Assembly (NCBI GenBank): GCA_002269645.1
Contig: NIVC01003678.1
Span: forward strand, 1-64,000
Direction of reading: 5' to 3'
DNA from: Macrostomum lignano
Lineage: Eukaryota
Length of the DNA stretch: 64,000 nt
The stretch's first letter is position 1, and the number at the start of each line of letters is the position of its first letter. The notes below the pieces were generated by a model, which ran no database searches, was not told the origin of the DNA, and saw nothing but the letters and a program-made list of their open reading frames with translations. This document shows, one piece after another, positions 46,098 through 56,070 of this stretch. A program made the translations under genes and the position numbers.

Positions 46098-46864
46098 AGT
46101 CTTACTCTCTTCCTGTCCGCAGTCAGGACAGGCAGGCAGCCGCCAGTCTCCGCTGAGGCTGGCGAAGAGCCGCAGGCCGAGGCCGCCGCAGCAGCGATGG
46201 AGGCGGCGAAGGAGGCTGAGCCTGGAGCGGCAGTAATTTGTCTGAAAATTTCAAAAGTCGCAAATTAATTACGTTTACGAGCTAAAATGTTAAAGAAAAA
46301 CAATTTTGCAGTTTCTAAGCTTCAGGAATTTTCCCGCAAAGAAAATACTTAATTAACCAATTTATGCGAATTCAAACCCAAAAACACCGTAAACAGTAAA
46401 CGGATTGGGAATTATTGCTGTGCCGAGCTGTTAGGCTGATAAGGAACGGAAAAGCATTCTTCTATTCATTTTTTAAAGTGCATTTTAACGGCTTGCGGTG
46501 CGGCCGATGTGGGATATCTGGGAGAATGGGAGATCGCGAACAGCGGGGGGGGGGCCATTAGCCGTTAGGCCAGGGGGCAGCCGCAGGAAGCCAGAGTGTT
46601 GGCTTGTATAGGGCAGGAGCTGGTAGCACAGATTGCTCGTAGGCGGTTCCTCTTGGCGATGATTTGGCTACAGGAATTAATGCCAGCCCCGTTGCTGCCC
46701 CGGGTTACAATAGAGCATGAACTGCTTGGCAGACTGATTGAAATCTTGGGCGGAGCTGGGCTGCGTGTGCGCAAAGTGCAGCTCGCATGCTTGTATGCTT
46801 CATAAATGCAGTGGTTGGCTGCAGTGGCAGCAGTCTGAAGCAATGAGCGAGAATAGGTGGACTG

Positions 46865-47385
<521 letters not shown>

Positions 47386-47947
47386 ACTGTCTCCTCACAG
47401 TCGGGCAGGCAGCTGCCAGTCCCAGCCGGGGCGTGTCTAATTAACGGGCTCAGCGAGAAGGAATTAAAATTGTTAACACAGGGAACTGCACTCCAAGCCT
47501 GCAGCCATAGCAGCCGAGCTGTGCCAGCAGGCATCAATACGCCATGCGGATATTGATAATCAATGGCAGAGAACACTTGGCCTGACAAAAAACCAATGTC
47601 ACGAAAGCTCTGTCCTGCATGCATGTGCTACCGCCTGCTAGATAAACTTTTTTTTCGCCAGTTTCATTCTCTTTGTTCGATCCTGTATCTGATGCAGAGC
47701 AGCCCGGCTCGCTAGCTCACTCTCTGCCTCAATTGATCTTTCATTGTCTGGCGTCAATTCAGTCTTCGTCCAGAGAACGCTGAAAATTAATTTATGCTAA
47801 ACAATAGAAGTTCAATTTCAAGCAAACCGTTTTGAGGTGAGGATTGTGTCACACTTTATTGTCAGTCTCTTTCCTTTTTTCTACGTCTTTCTCCCCTTAT
47901 CGACCCTAAGGACTACTCACTTGAGTTGTCCTTGATCGCCCCCTGCT

Positions 47948-48660
47948 CACATCTCCCTCCCTCTCCCACATCTCCCTCTCTCACATCTCCCTCTCTCACA
48001 TCTCCCTCTCTCACATCTCCCTCTCTCACATCTCCCTCTCTCACATCTCCCTCTCTCACATCTCCCTCTCTCACATCTCCCTCTCACATCTCCCTCTCTC
48101 ACATCTCCCTCTCTCACATCTCCCTCTCTCACATCTCCCTCCTCTCTCACATCTCCCTCTCTCACATCTCCCTCTCTCACATCTCCCTCTCTCACATCTC
48201 CTCTCACATCTCCCTCTCTCACATCTCCCTCTCTCACATCTCCCTCTCTCACATCTCCCTCTCTCACATCTCCCTCTCTCACATCTCCCTCTCCTATCTC
48301 CCTCTCTCACATCTCCCTCTCTCACATCTCCCTCTCTCACATCTCCCTCTCTCACATCTCCCTCTCTCACATCTCCTCTCACATCTCCCTCTCTCACATC
48401 TCCCTCTCTCACATCTCCTTCTCTCACATCTCCCTCTCTCACATCTCCCTCTCTCACATCTCCCTCTCTCACATCTCCCTCTCTCACATCTCCCTCTCTC
48501 ACAACTCCCTCTCTTACATCTCCCTCTCTCACATCTCCCTCTCTCATATCTCCCTCTCTCACATCTCCCTCTCACATCTCCCTCTCATATCTCCCTCTCT
48601 CACATCTCTCTCTCACATCTCCCTCTCTCACATCACCCTCTCTTTTCTTCTCTTACATCT
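47948..48660. repeat. (ACATCTCCCTCTCTC)n 15-mer array, copy 1
   Basis: Period 15. Confidence 0.95.
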
Positions 48661-49134
48661 CCCTCTCTCGCCTTGGTCTCACCCCTCAGCCTCTCATTCT
48701 TCCCTTTCATAACTCTTCCCTCCATCACTCTCCATCTCTTCTATCTCATTTGTAATCCATTTTTGCGTTCGACTATATTCTTGTTGTTTACGCACCAGCC
48801 TCTCGGCTCTTCATCATTCAACGCACATGGCTCCCCCAATAATTTCTCCGGATAAAAAAGTCTCCTGCTGCTCATGCTGTCCATGCAGGAAGAGCGCCAG
48901 GACAGGCAGACATCAGCGGCCGCAGCAGCAGCAGCAGAATGCAGATCAAAAGATATTGACAGCATATGGATAATTTCTCCCTCCCATGGCCAGCCCCTGC
49001 AGCTGGGTCTGCTGCCCCGGAAAACAGTTTTTGATCCCCACCCCAACCCCCGATCATCAAACCGGGCTTCCTCTCAGTTGGGCCCGATTTTTTCCCTCAG
49101 ATAAAAGCACTTCCATATATCACACCGCGCCTCT

Positions 49135-49715
49135 CCCTCCTCTCCCTCTCTCCCTCATCTCCCTCTCTCACATCTCCCTCTCTCACATCTCCCTCTCTCC
49201 CTCATCTCCCTCTCTCACATCTCCCTCTCTCACATCTCCCTCTCTCACATCTCCCTCTCTCACATCTCCCTCTCTCACATCTCCCTCTCTCACATCTCCC
49301 TCTCTCACATCTCCCTCTCTCACATCTCCCTCTCTCACATCTCCCTCTCTCCCTCATCTCCCTCTCTCACATCTCCCTCTTTCACATCTCCCTCTCTCAT
49401 ATCTCCCTCTCTCACATCTCCCTCTCTCATATCTCCCTCTCTCACATCTCCCTTCTTTCTCACATCTCCCTCTCTCACATCTCCCTCTCTCACATCTCCC
49501 TCTCTCACATCTCCCTCTCTCATATCTCCCTCTCTCACATCTCCCTCTCTCACATCTCCCTCTCTCACATCTCCCTCTCTCACATCTCCCTCTCTCACAT
49601 CTCCCTCTCTCACATCTCCCTCTCTCATATCTCCCTCTCTCACATCTCCCTCTCTCACATCTCACTCTCACATATCTCCCTCTCTCACATCTCCCTCTCT
49701 CACATCTCCCTCTCG
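49135..49715. repeat. (ACATCTCCCTCTCTC)n 15-mer array, copy 2
   Basis: Same unit as 47948-48660. Confidence 0.95.
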
Positions 49716-50319
49716 CATACAGTCCCCAGCCCAATTTCATCTGCCTGACTGCCGATGGAGATTCCCGCTGTTCGGCTTTTTTTATTGTCGACATGCAGGT
49801 GCGCGAGTTTGGGACTCTGGCTCTGGCCTAATCAGCAGCCTGTCTGTCCGACTGCGCCTGCGATCGATAAATATTGTTCTTATACTAGCTGCTGATGGCT
49901 GTAATATCCTGTCTGTCTTGGCCTCTACTCAGTCAGTCAGTAATTCAGTCAGTCAGTCAGTCAGGCTGTCTGCCTGCCTGTCTGTCTGTCTGTCTGCCTG
50001 CCTGTCTGTCTGTCTGTCTGTCTGCCTGTCTGTCTTAGTGTCTGTCTGTCTGTCTGTCTGTCTGTCAGGTTTTCTATCTGTCAGGCTGTCTATCTGTCCG
50101 GTTTTCTATCTGTCAGGCTGTCTATCTGTCAGGCTGTCTATGTCTATCTGTCAGGCTGTCTATCTGTCAGGCTGTCTGTCTGTCAAGCTGTCTATCTGTC
50201 AGGCTGTCTATCTGTCAGTAAGTCACTTGCTATGCTTATATTGCCCTCTATGATCTTCTGTCTCTCCAAGATCCTTCCTTTCGCAATGAGTCCTTTACCG
50301 GGCACTCTAAATTTACTAG

Positions 50320-51362
50320 CCGAGACAGTGGCAGTACCGGTGCCAGATCAGACGGCCAGCACCTGTGCAAGGGCAATGCTCGAGGAGTGGGTCTGTCACT
50401 ACGGAGCCCCAGGGACAATCCACTCGGATCAGGGAGCCAATTTCGAGTCGCAATTGCTCGGCCAGCTGTGCGAAAGTCTGAATATCCGAAAGACGCGTAC
50501 GACCGCCTATCACCCCTCTGGAAACGGCCAAGTGGAAAGCTTCAATAAGACGCTGACTGCAGTGATCCGGGCGCACCTGGTGAAGGAGCCGGATCAGAGG
50601 CGGTGGGACGAATTCGTTGCCCCGGCGCTCATGGCGTATCGCTCCAGTGTGCACCGCGGCACCGGCCTTTCACCCTTCTTCCTTCTGCATGGTCGCGAGA
50701 TGTCTCTGCCAGTTGACTTGGGAGTGGCGCGCCCACTGGACATCGAACCGTACTGCGAGGAAGTCCAGAACCTGCGGGAGACGCTCGTGGAAGCCCATCG
50801 GGTGGTGCGTGAGAGAATAACGTCATATCAACGAGTGCAGAAAGACTGGTACGACCGGAAGGTGAAGGGTCGAGAATTCGTGGCTGGCGACGAGGTGTTC
50901 GTCTACAACCCCGTGTTGAAGGCCGGTGCCAAAGCGAAGCTCCACTCACCCTGGACCGGACCTGCCGTAGTTCTCGAGAAGCTGTCGGAGACGCGCTATA
51001 GGATTCGACAGGAAGGTCGACGGAAGCCGATCAAAGTGGTGCACTTTAACAACCTCCTGCCTCGATACCGGAAGTACCCAGTCGACGGCACCGGTGGCCC
51101 TCGGCGTCCTGCACCAAGGAGGTACCACCCAGGTCCTGCTCAAGAGACGGAATCCGTCAGGGAGGACTCGCAGGAATCAGACGATGAGGATGAGGAGCGA
51201 TGGTGGCGACATTCCGGGCGGGTTCGAGAGGAGGGAGAACCAATGGATGTGCAGCAGCCAGGAGTGCAGCCGCAGCCGGAAGCGCCAGTTGAAGTCATCG
51301 AAGGTCGACCCCAGAGGGATCGAAGGGTTCCGCAGCGTTATGGAACGCCCGTGTATTATTAA
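50320..51362 (+). pseudogene. 5'-truncated Gypsy integrase (core + GPY/F-like C-terminus)
   Basis: IHSDQGANFES (second D), KTRTTAYHPSGNGQVESFN (E), ALMAYRSSVH..TGLSPF, WTGPAVV..VVHFNNL. The HHCC zinc finger and first catalytic D are missing; the ORF-track N-terminus from 50232 is flanking DNA. Confidence 0.9.
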
Positions 51363-51390
51363 GAGCGGACGTGAGTGCGTGCGCAGTGTC

Positions 51391-51755
51391 GCGTCATCTC
51401 CTGCGTCATAAATAATTGGTTCGAAGCATCATTCGCGTCATCTCCTGCGTCATAAATAAGTGGTTCGAAGCATCATTCGCGTCATCTCCTGCGTCATAAA
51501 TAATTGGTTCGAAGCATCATCCGCGTCATCACCTGCGTCGTCAACATTTGGTTCGAAGCATCATCCGCGTCATCACCTGTGTCATAAATAATTGGTTCGA
51601 AGCATCATCCGCGTCATCTCCTGCGTCATAAATAAGTGGTTCGAAGCATCATTCGCGTCATCTCCTGCGTCATAAATAATTGGTTCGAAGCATCATCCGC
51701 GTCATCACCTGCGTCGTCAACATTTGGTTCGAAGCATCGTCTGCGTCATCACCCG
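51391..51755. repeat. 44-bp tandem repeat inside the retroelement (GCGTCATCTCCTGCGTCATAAATAATTGGTTCGAAGCATCATTC)n
   Basis: Period 44, about 8 copies, directly after the integrase stop. Confidence 0.9.
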
Positions 51756-51923
51756 CGTTATTGAAAACTGGGCTCGTGTTATTGCCTCTGCTTCACAAAC
51801 AAAAATATATATTTCCCCTCTTAAGGCCCGTCAGGGGAGGTCCCACCTGCCCAACCCTGCCATCAGGGATGAAGGATCGGCGCCCCAAAGAGGCTCGAAG
51901 GAACCATTGCCCTGCTCTCAAAA

Positions 51924-52841
51924 GTGAGTCGTGGTTGTTGCAGGCACTGCTTTCCGGGCATAGACCTCTACGCCGAGTTTGGTGTCAGCCCCTTCGCGAC
52001 GGAGGAGGAGCTGCGACGTGCGTACCGCCGTGAGAGCCTGCGACGGCACCCCGACAAGTGTGGACCCGGTGGAACGGAGAATTTCCAGAGGCTGCAGCAT
52101 GCGAGTGCGGTCCTGCTGTGTCCGTTTCGACGAGCGCTGTACGACCGGTTCGGGCAGGATGCCGTTAGCAACCCGCTCGAGTGCGCCCGGTATTTTGTCC
52201 CGCCGGATGGGATGTGCGTCCCGGAGGAGTTTGTCGTAACGATTGAAGACGAAACAGAAGAGTCAGACGAGGACAGGGAGTCGGAAGGAAGCGAGCGTGG
52301 TGGTTGCGGCGGCGAGGAGACTGCTCAGAGCTGCTGTGAAATCACGCAGTCAGAGGAAGAAGAGCTCTTGAATGAATCCGACGGCGAAACTTCGATGTCA
52401 GAAGACGAACCGGAGCTCGTCATCGACCAACGGGAGTCGCCAGCGTGGCTGATGAGGAGCGAGCCGAGTACCGAGGTGGAATACACCTGGAGCGGGGAGG
52501 CAACGCAGCGAAGAGCTCGAATCCGGTCGGAGCTTCGGCACGCTTTGTTGTCGGGGAGTCCAGCTGCGATGTTCCGGCTTTTGACTGAAATGGTGGGACT
52601 GTGCGGCAGCGAGCGGCTGGATCATCGACGCGAAATCGCCGAGCTTTTGGCTCAGACTGTCAAGTTCATTCTCCGTGACATCAGCGCCAAGTGTCGGGGT
52701 CATGCTCGGCGTGTCTGGCGGCGGCCTGCCTTCAAGCGAAGCACTCGGTTCGTCATGAGTGTTGCGATCCCTCAGTTTGAACTAATCGTCGGAGGACGCG
52801 TGTTGGGGTTGTTGCGCCGGGCGGCGGAGGTGGCGGTCTAG
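51924..52841 (+). CDS. Retrotransposon accessory ORF: N-terminal J-domain (DnaJ/Hsp40, HPD intact), acidic linker, basic helical C-terminus
   Basis: 51963-52154 encodes DLYAEFGVSPFATEEELRRAYRRESLRRHPDK...ENFQRLQHASAVLLCPFRRALYDRFG, matching all four J-domain helices. HPD at 52047-52055. The frame is open from 51873 but has no ATG before the J-domain (the track start is GTG). Confidence 0.85.
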   Translation: MSRGCCRHCFPGIDLYAEFGVSPFATEEELRRAYRRESLRRHPDKCGPGGTENFQRLQHASAVLLCPFRRALYDRFGQDAVSNPLECARYFVPPDGMCVPEEFVVTIEDETEESDEDRESEGSERGGCGGEETAQSCCEITQSEEEELLNESDGETSMSEDEPELVIDQRESPAWLMRSEPSTEVEYTWSGEATQRRARIRSELRHALLSGSPAAMFRLLTEMVGLCGSERLDHRREIAELLAQTVKFILRDISAKCRGHARRVWRRPAFKRSTRFVMSVAIPQFELIVGGRVLGLLRRAAEVAV

Positions 52842-52959
52842 GGGGTTCTGGGGCAGGATGCCAGGGCGGGCAAGAGACCTTCACTCCTTCATTTCATCCC
52901 ATCTCTCATCTGATCGTCGTTGTGATCCCTCTGTTTGGCACTGGGAGCGGCCCCGAAGG

Positions 52960-53640
52960 AAGGGCGGGGAACACTCTCGGCCATGCCCGGCGTTCTCGGT
53001 CGCTGCCCGGTGTTTTCGGCCGCTGCCAGTCGTTCTCGGCCGCTGCCCGGCATTCTCGGCCGCTGCCCGGCATTCTCGGTCGCTGTCCGGCACTCTCGGC
53101 CATGCCCGGCGTTCTCGGTCGCTGCCCGGTGTTTTCGGCCGCTGCCAGTCGTTCTCGGCCGCTGCCCGGCATTCTCGGCCGCTGCCCGGCATTCTCGGTC
53201 GCTGTCCGGCATTCTCGGCCATGCCCGGCGTTTTCGGCCACAGCCCGGCATTCTCGGCCGCTGCCCGGCATTCTCGGCCGCTGCCCGGCATTCTCGGCCG
53301 CTGTCCGGCACTCTCGGCCATGCCCGGCGTTCTCGGTCGCTGCCCGGCATTCTCGGCCGCTGCCCGGCATTCTCGGCCGCTGTCCGGCACTCTCGGCCAT
53401 GCCCGGCGTTCTCGGCCATGCCCGGCGTTCTCGGTCGCTGCCCGGCATTCTCGGCCGCTGTCCGGCATTCTCGGCCATGCCAGGCGTTCTCGGCCGCTGC
53501 CCGGCATTCTCGGTCGCTGTCCGGCATTCTCGGCCATGCCCGGCGTTTTCGGCCACAGTCCGGCATTCTCGGCCGTGCCCGGTGTTCTCGGCCTGTCCGA
53601 CATCCTCGGCCCCTGTCCTGCGCTCTCGGCCGCTGCCTGA
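52960..53640. repeat. CpG-rich ~20-bp modular repeat (CTCGGCCGCTGCCCGGCATT)n in the element 3' UTR
   Basis: Direct reading; includes a ~122-bp higher-order duplication. ORFs in all six frames reflect lack of stop codons. Confidence 0.9.
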
Positions 53641-53725
53641 CACTCTTGGTCTCTTTCATTCAGTTTCATTTCATTACATTTTTTTTTCATTTTCATTCAG
53701 TCAAAGCGCGTCGTTTTCTTTTTTT

Positions 53726-53736
53726 AGGGGGGAGGG
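53726..53736 (+). other. Polypurine tract
   Basis: AGGGGGGAGGG preceded by a T-run and immediately followed by TGTTGT. Confidence 0.9.
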
Positions 53737-54142
53737 TGTTGTGACCTGTGTCACAGTGCTCCCCTGGTGCAAGTGCACTTTGATAGTTGTTGACTTTGGT
53801 AGTTGATTATTGTTACCCCCCCCCCCGGCTCAAGCCAGTCTGGAGCTATGAGCCCTTTGGCTGAGCCTCTGCTCTCTTTCTCTCTCTCTCTCGCCTTGGC
53901 TGTTTAGCCCTTTGGCTAGCCGTGCTGATTGGCTGGGCCTCTGCTCTCTCTCCCTCTCCCTGGCCGTGCGCGCTTCCACCCTCCCCTCGCCGCAGCCAAT
54001 CAGCTGTCAATCAGCTCCATTGTTTAAGCCCTTTCTCCCCCCCCTTGTTTGCGCCCCTGCCCCTTTTTACTCGTTATTTAAGGCGACGCTCAGACCCCGC
54101 CCCTTTTCTCACCGTGCCTGCGCCCCATTTGCGCCCACCGCG

Positions 54143-54151
54143 ATAAATAAA
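54143..54151 (+). promoter_or_regulatory. Overlapping TATA-like box / AATAAA poly(A) signal of the LTR
   Basis: ATAAATAAA lies ~28 nt upstream of TCAGCCG (Inr-like, 54168-54174) where the SL starts. It is the only AATAAA I see in the LTR. Confidence 0.6.
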
Positions 54152-54171
54152 CGAACGTGACCAGCGATCAG

Positions 54172-54215
54172 CCGTAAAGACGGTCTCTTACTGCGAAGAC
54201 TCAATTTATTGCATG
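54172..54215 (+). other. Genomically encoded copy of the flatworm spliced-leader exon inside the LTR
   Basis: CCGTAAAGACGGTCTCTTACTGCGAAGACTCAATTTATTGCATG matches the Macrostomum lignano SL as I recall it. It has a 5' CCGT-AAAG-ACGG hairpin and the flatworm-type TTGCATG 3' end. It is not followed by GT, so this is not an SL RNA gene. Confidence 0.85.
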
Positions 54216-54336
54216 CCTGCGGCCTTCCCGTGTATGAGTGCTATAATCGACCCGGCCCGGTAAGCTGTCGAGACAATTGCCTGTGTTCCTCGGGGTCGCT
54301 CTCCTGATCTCTCTCTCTCTCACTCTCTCCTCAGTC

Positions 54337-54540
54337 TGACTCACCAGGCTGTCGAGTGGCCGACCGCCCGCAGCCCTCTCTCTCTTCCTTGACTCACCAG
54401 GCTGTCGAGTGGCCGCCCGCCCACAGCCCTCTCTCTTTTCCTTGATTCACCAGGCTGTCGAGTGGCCGACCGCCCGCAGCCCTCTCTCTCTTCCTTGACT
54501 CACCAGGCTGTCGAGTGGCCGCCTGCCCACAGCCGCCCCT
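54337..54540. repeat. 53-bp tandem repeat x4 in the LTR downstream (U5-like) region
   Basis: TGACTCACCAGGCTGTCGAGTGGCC at 54337, 54390, 54443 (TGATTCA variant) and 54496. Confidence 0.9.
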
Positions 54541-55273
54541 CCCCTCTCTCTCGACTTCTCAACCTTGACCTCCCCCCGAAGTGTCCGTACGCCTCGGGGT
54601 CGCCGATCGAGCTCGTAAGCCCTGGGCAGTCTAGTACCCGAACCCCGACACCGCTACCCGTCGCCCAACCCGGCCGTGCCAGCGAGGAAGGGGGATACAA
54701 CATATGCTCAAGCTCGAATGGCCTCCTTCACTCGCCTTCCGCTGCAGACGCTGACTCCCATTTCCATCTCCCCTATAATTGCATCACTTGCTTGAACAGC
54801 TTTCAACTTAAGGCTCCACTCGCAGAGTCCAATTCGACTCAGCCAGCAGCCAGAGGCGCATTGGGCAGCGCCTCTCGGTTTAAGCCGGCATTCCCGATCC
54901 ATCTTAGCGGCTGCCGGCAGACCGGCCGATCGGCAAGGGCGCTGCTGGATTAGCCATGAGCTGATGCGCCTAGCTCTCTTCCCGGCTCTCTGCATCAATC
55001 TTCTCCTATACTTTATTTTCTTTTTTATAATGAAATTAGAATTAAAATGAACCCCTTTCATGCATTGCTGTGACGCTGTGACAATAGAAGATGAGAAGAT
55101 ATTATATTGAGCATCCTTCCTCGATTTCGTGTAGATCGACTTAAGACCCTCAGATAGAACAGGTGGATTTCACTAGATCTCACGAATGGATAAATAGGAA
55201 AAATCGGTATTTCATGACTCGTTCGTCCTCGGGTTTTAGCATTGGTTCTGTTGTTTTGGCTTGAAGCAAATAC

Positions 55274-56070
55274 TCACCCGATGAGTGCAGCAGAGTCTCC
55301 TCTACCCAAGCTCCCGGCACGACTATCGAACCCTGGACAGGCACCGGACAGCACGCTCGAGCAGTCGGATTGTCGGCGCCAGTTGGAGACGAGTAGAGGC
55401 GCCGGTAGCGACAGGGGCGACGCCTGCTGAGATGGCTGCGAGCTTTGATGATGATACACTGCAGGCTGCAGCTGCTGTGGTGGCGGCGGTGGCGGCGGTG
55501 GCGGCGTCTCCGGAGACGATCTGCGCTCCATGAACAGCCGATCCTCAGCGACCGACTCCCAGTCCAAGGCGTCGCATTTCAGGCAGAGACTCAGTCTTAA
55601 AGTTGAATTGTCCAGCCGCTGGTTGGGACTGTATGGCGTGAGAATGAAGGCTCGCTGCTCGGGCTGGTTGAGGCAACCGATCCCTGCGAGATGGATGTTC
55701 ACAAAGCCGAGCTTAGAGAATGATCGGCCGCCTTTCTCTTCCTTTCTAACTGAGACGCGAATTGTTCCGGCTGGTAGGCGGCAGCTGAACTGCAACGGCG
55801 GCTCGTAGGGCTCGCCGGAGTCACCGTTGCCATTGGTTACTGCGCTGCAGTCGGTGCCGGACCACGTGACCCGATTGTCGCGAATCTCGCGCCGGCTTGA
55901 GTACCGGCAGAACTGGCCACCGCTCAGTAGGCGAACCTTTGCAAACAGTACCCATTGCTAAGGGTGACACCTTCCATGCCATTTAGAGTTAGCTCGACGT
56001 CACATTTATACTGCTGGCGCTTAGCACTAGTTCGGGATTCATTTGAAGCGTGACGCACGCAACTGAACAT
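55274..56070 (-). CDS. FAM102A: FAM102/EEIG-family NT-C2 domain protein with a 1-nt frameshift at ~55952
   Basis: ATG at 56070. KRQQYKCDVELTL..VTLSNG/VLFAKVRLLSGGQF..SSRREIRDNRVTW..IRVSVRKEEKGGRSFSKLGFVNIHLA..RLDNSTLRLSL parallels FAM102A (NGVLFCKVRLLDGG..RVSVRKELKGGKAYSKLGF..RQDNSILKV). A G|GTGAGT donor near 55276 suggests a further exon. A-vs-B paralogue assignment is not possible. Confidence 0.8.

Larger units (their letters stand above)
50320..54702 (+). mobile_element. 3' half of a Ty3/Gypsy LTR retrotransposon with accessory J-domain ORF and SL-containing LTR
   Basis: Order: integrase C-half, 44-bp repeat, J-domain ORF, GC-rich repeat, PPT AGGGGGGAGGG (53726-53736), LTR TGTTGT...ACAACA (53737-54702). 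The left junction is approximate (50300-50330). gag/PR/RT and the 5' LTR are absent. Confidence 0.9.
53737..54702 (+). mobile_element. 3' LTR (966 bp)
   Basis: 6-bp terminal inverted repeat TGTTGT/ACAACA, PPT-adjacent. ATTGG at 53928, CCAAT at 53996, ATAAATAAA at 54143. Confidence 0.9.

Noticed and set aside
50231-50235. TATGC as the left TSD matching TATGC after the LTR (54703-54707)
   Set aside because: It is not followed by TG or any LTR sequence and lies ~90 bp from the integrase homology; probably chance.
51415-51740. Heat-shock elements in the 44-bp repeat driving the J-ORF
   Set aside because: TTCGAA lacks the nTTCnnGAAn spacing of an HSE.
52321-52400. Polyomavirus T-antigen-like LxCxE Rb-binding motif after the J-domain
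   Set aside because: The closest match is QSCCE followed by an acidic run; the essential Leu is missing.
54172-54330. A true SL RNA gene
   Set aside because: The leader is followed by CCTG rather than a GT donor, no U-rich Sm-binding site follows, and the sequence lies within an LTR.
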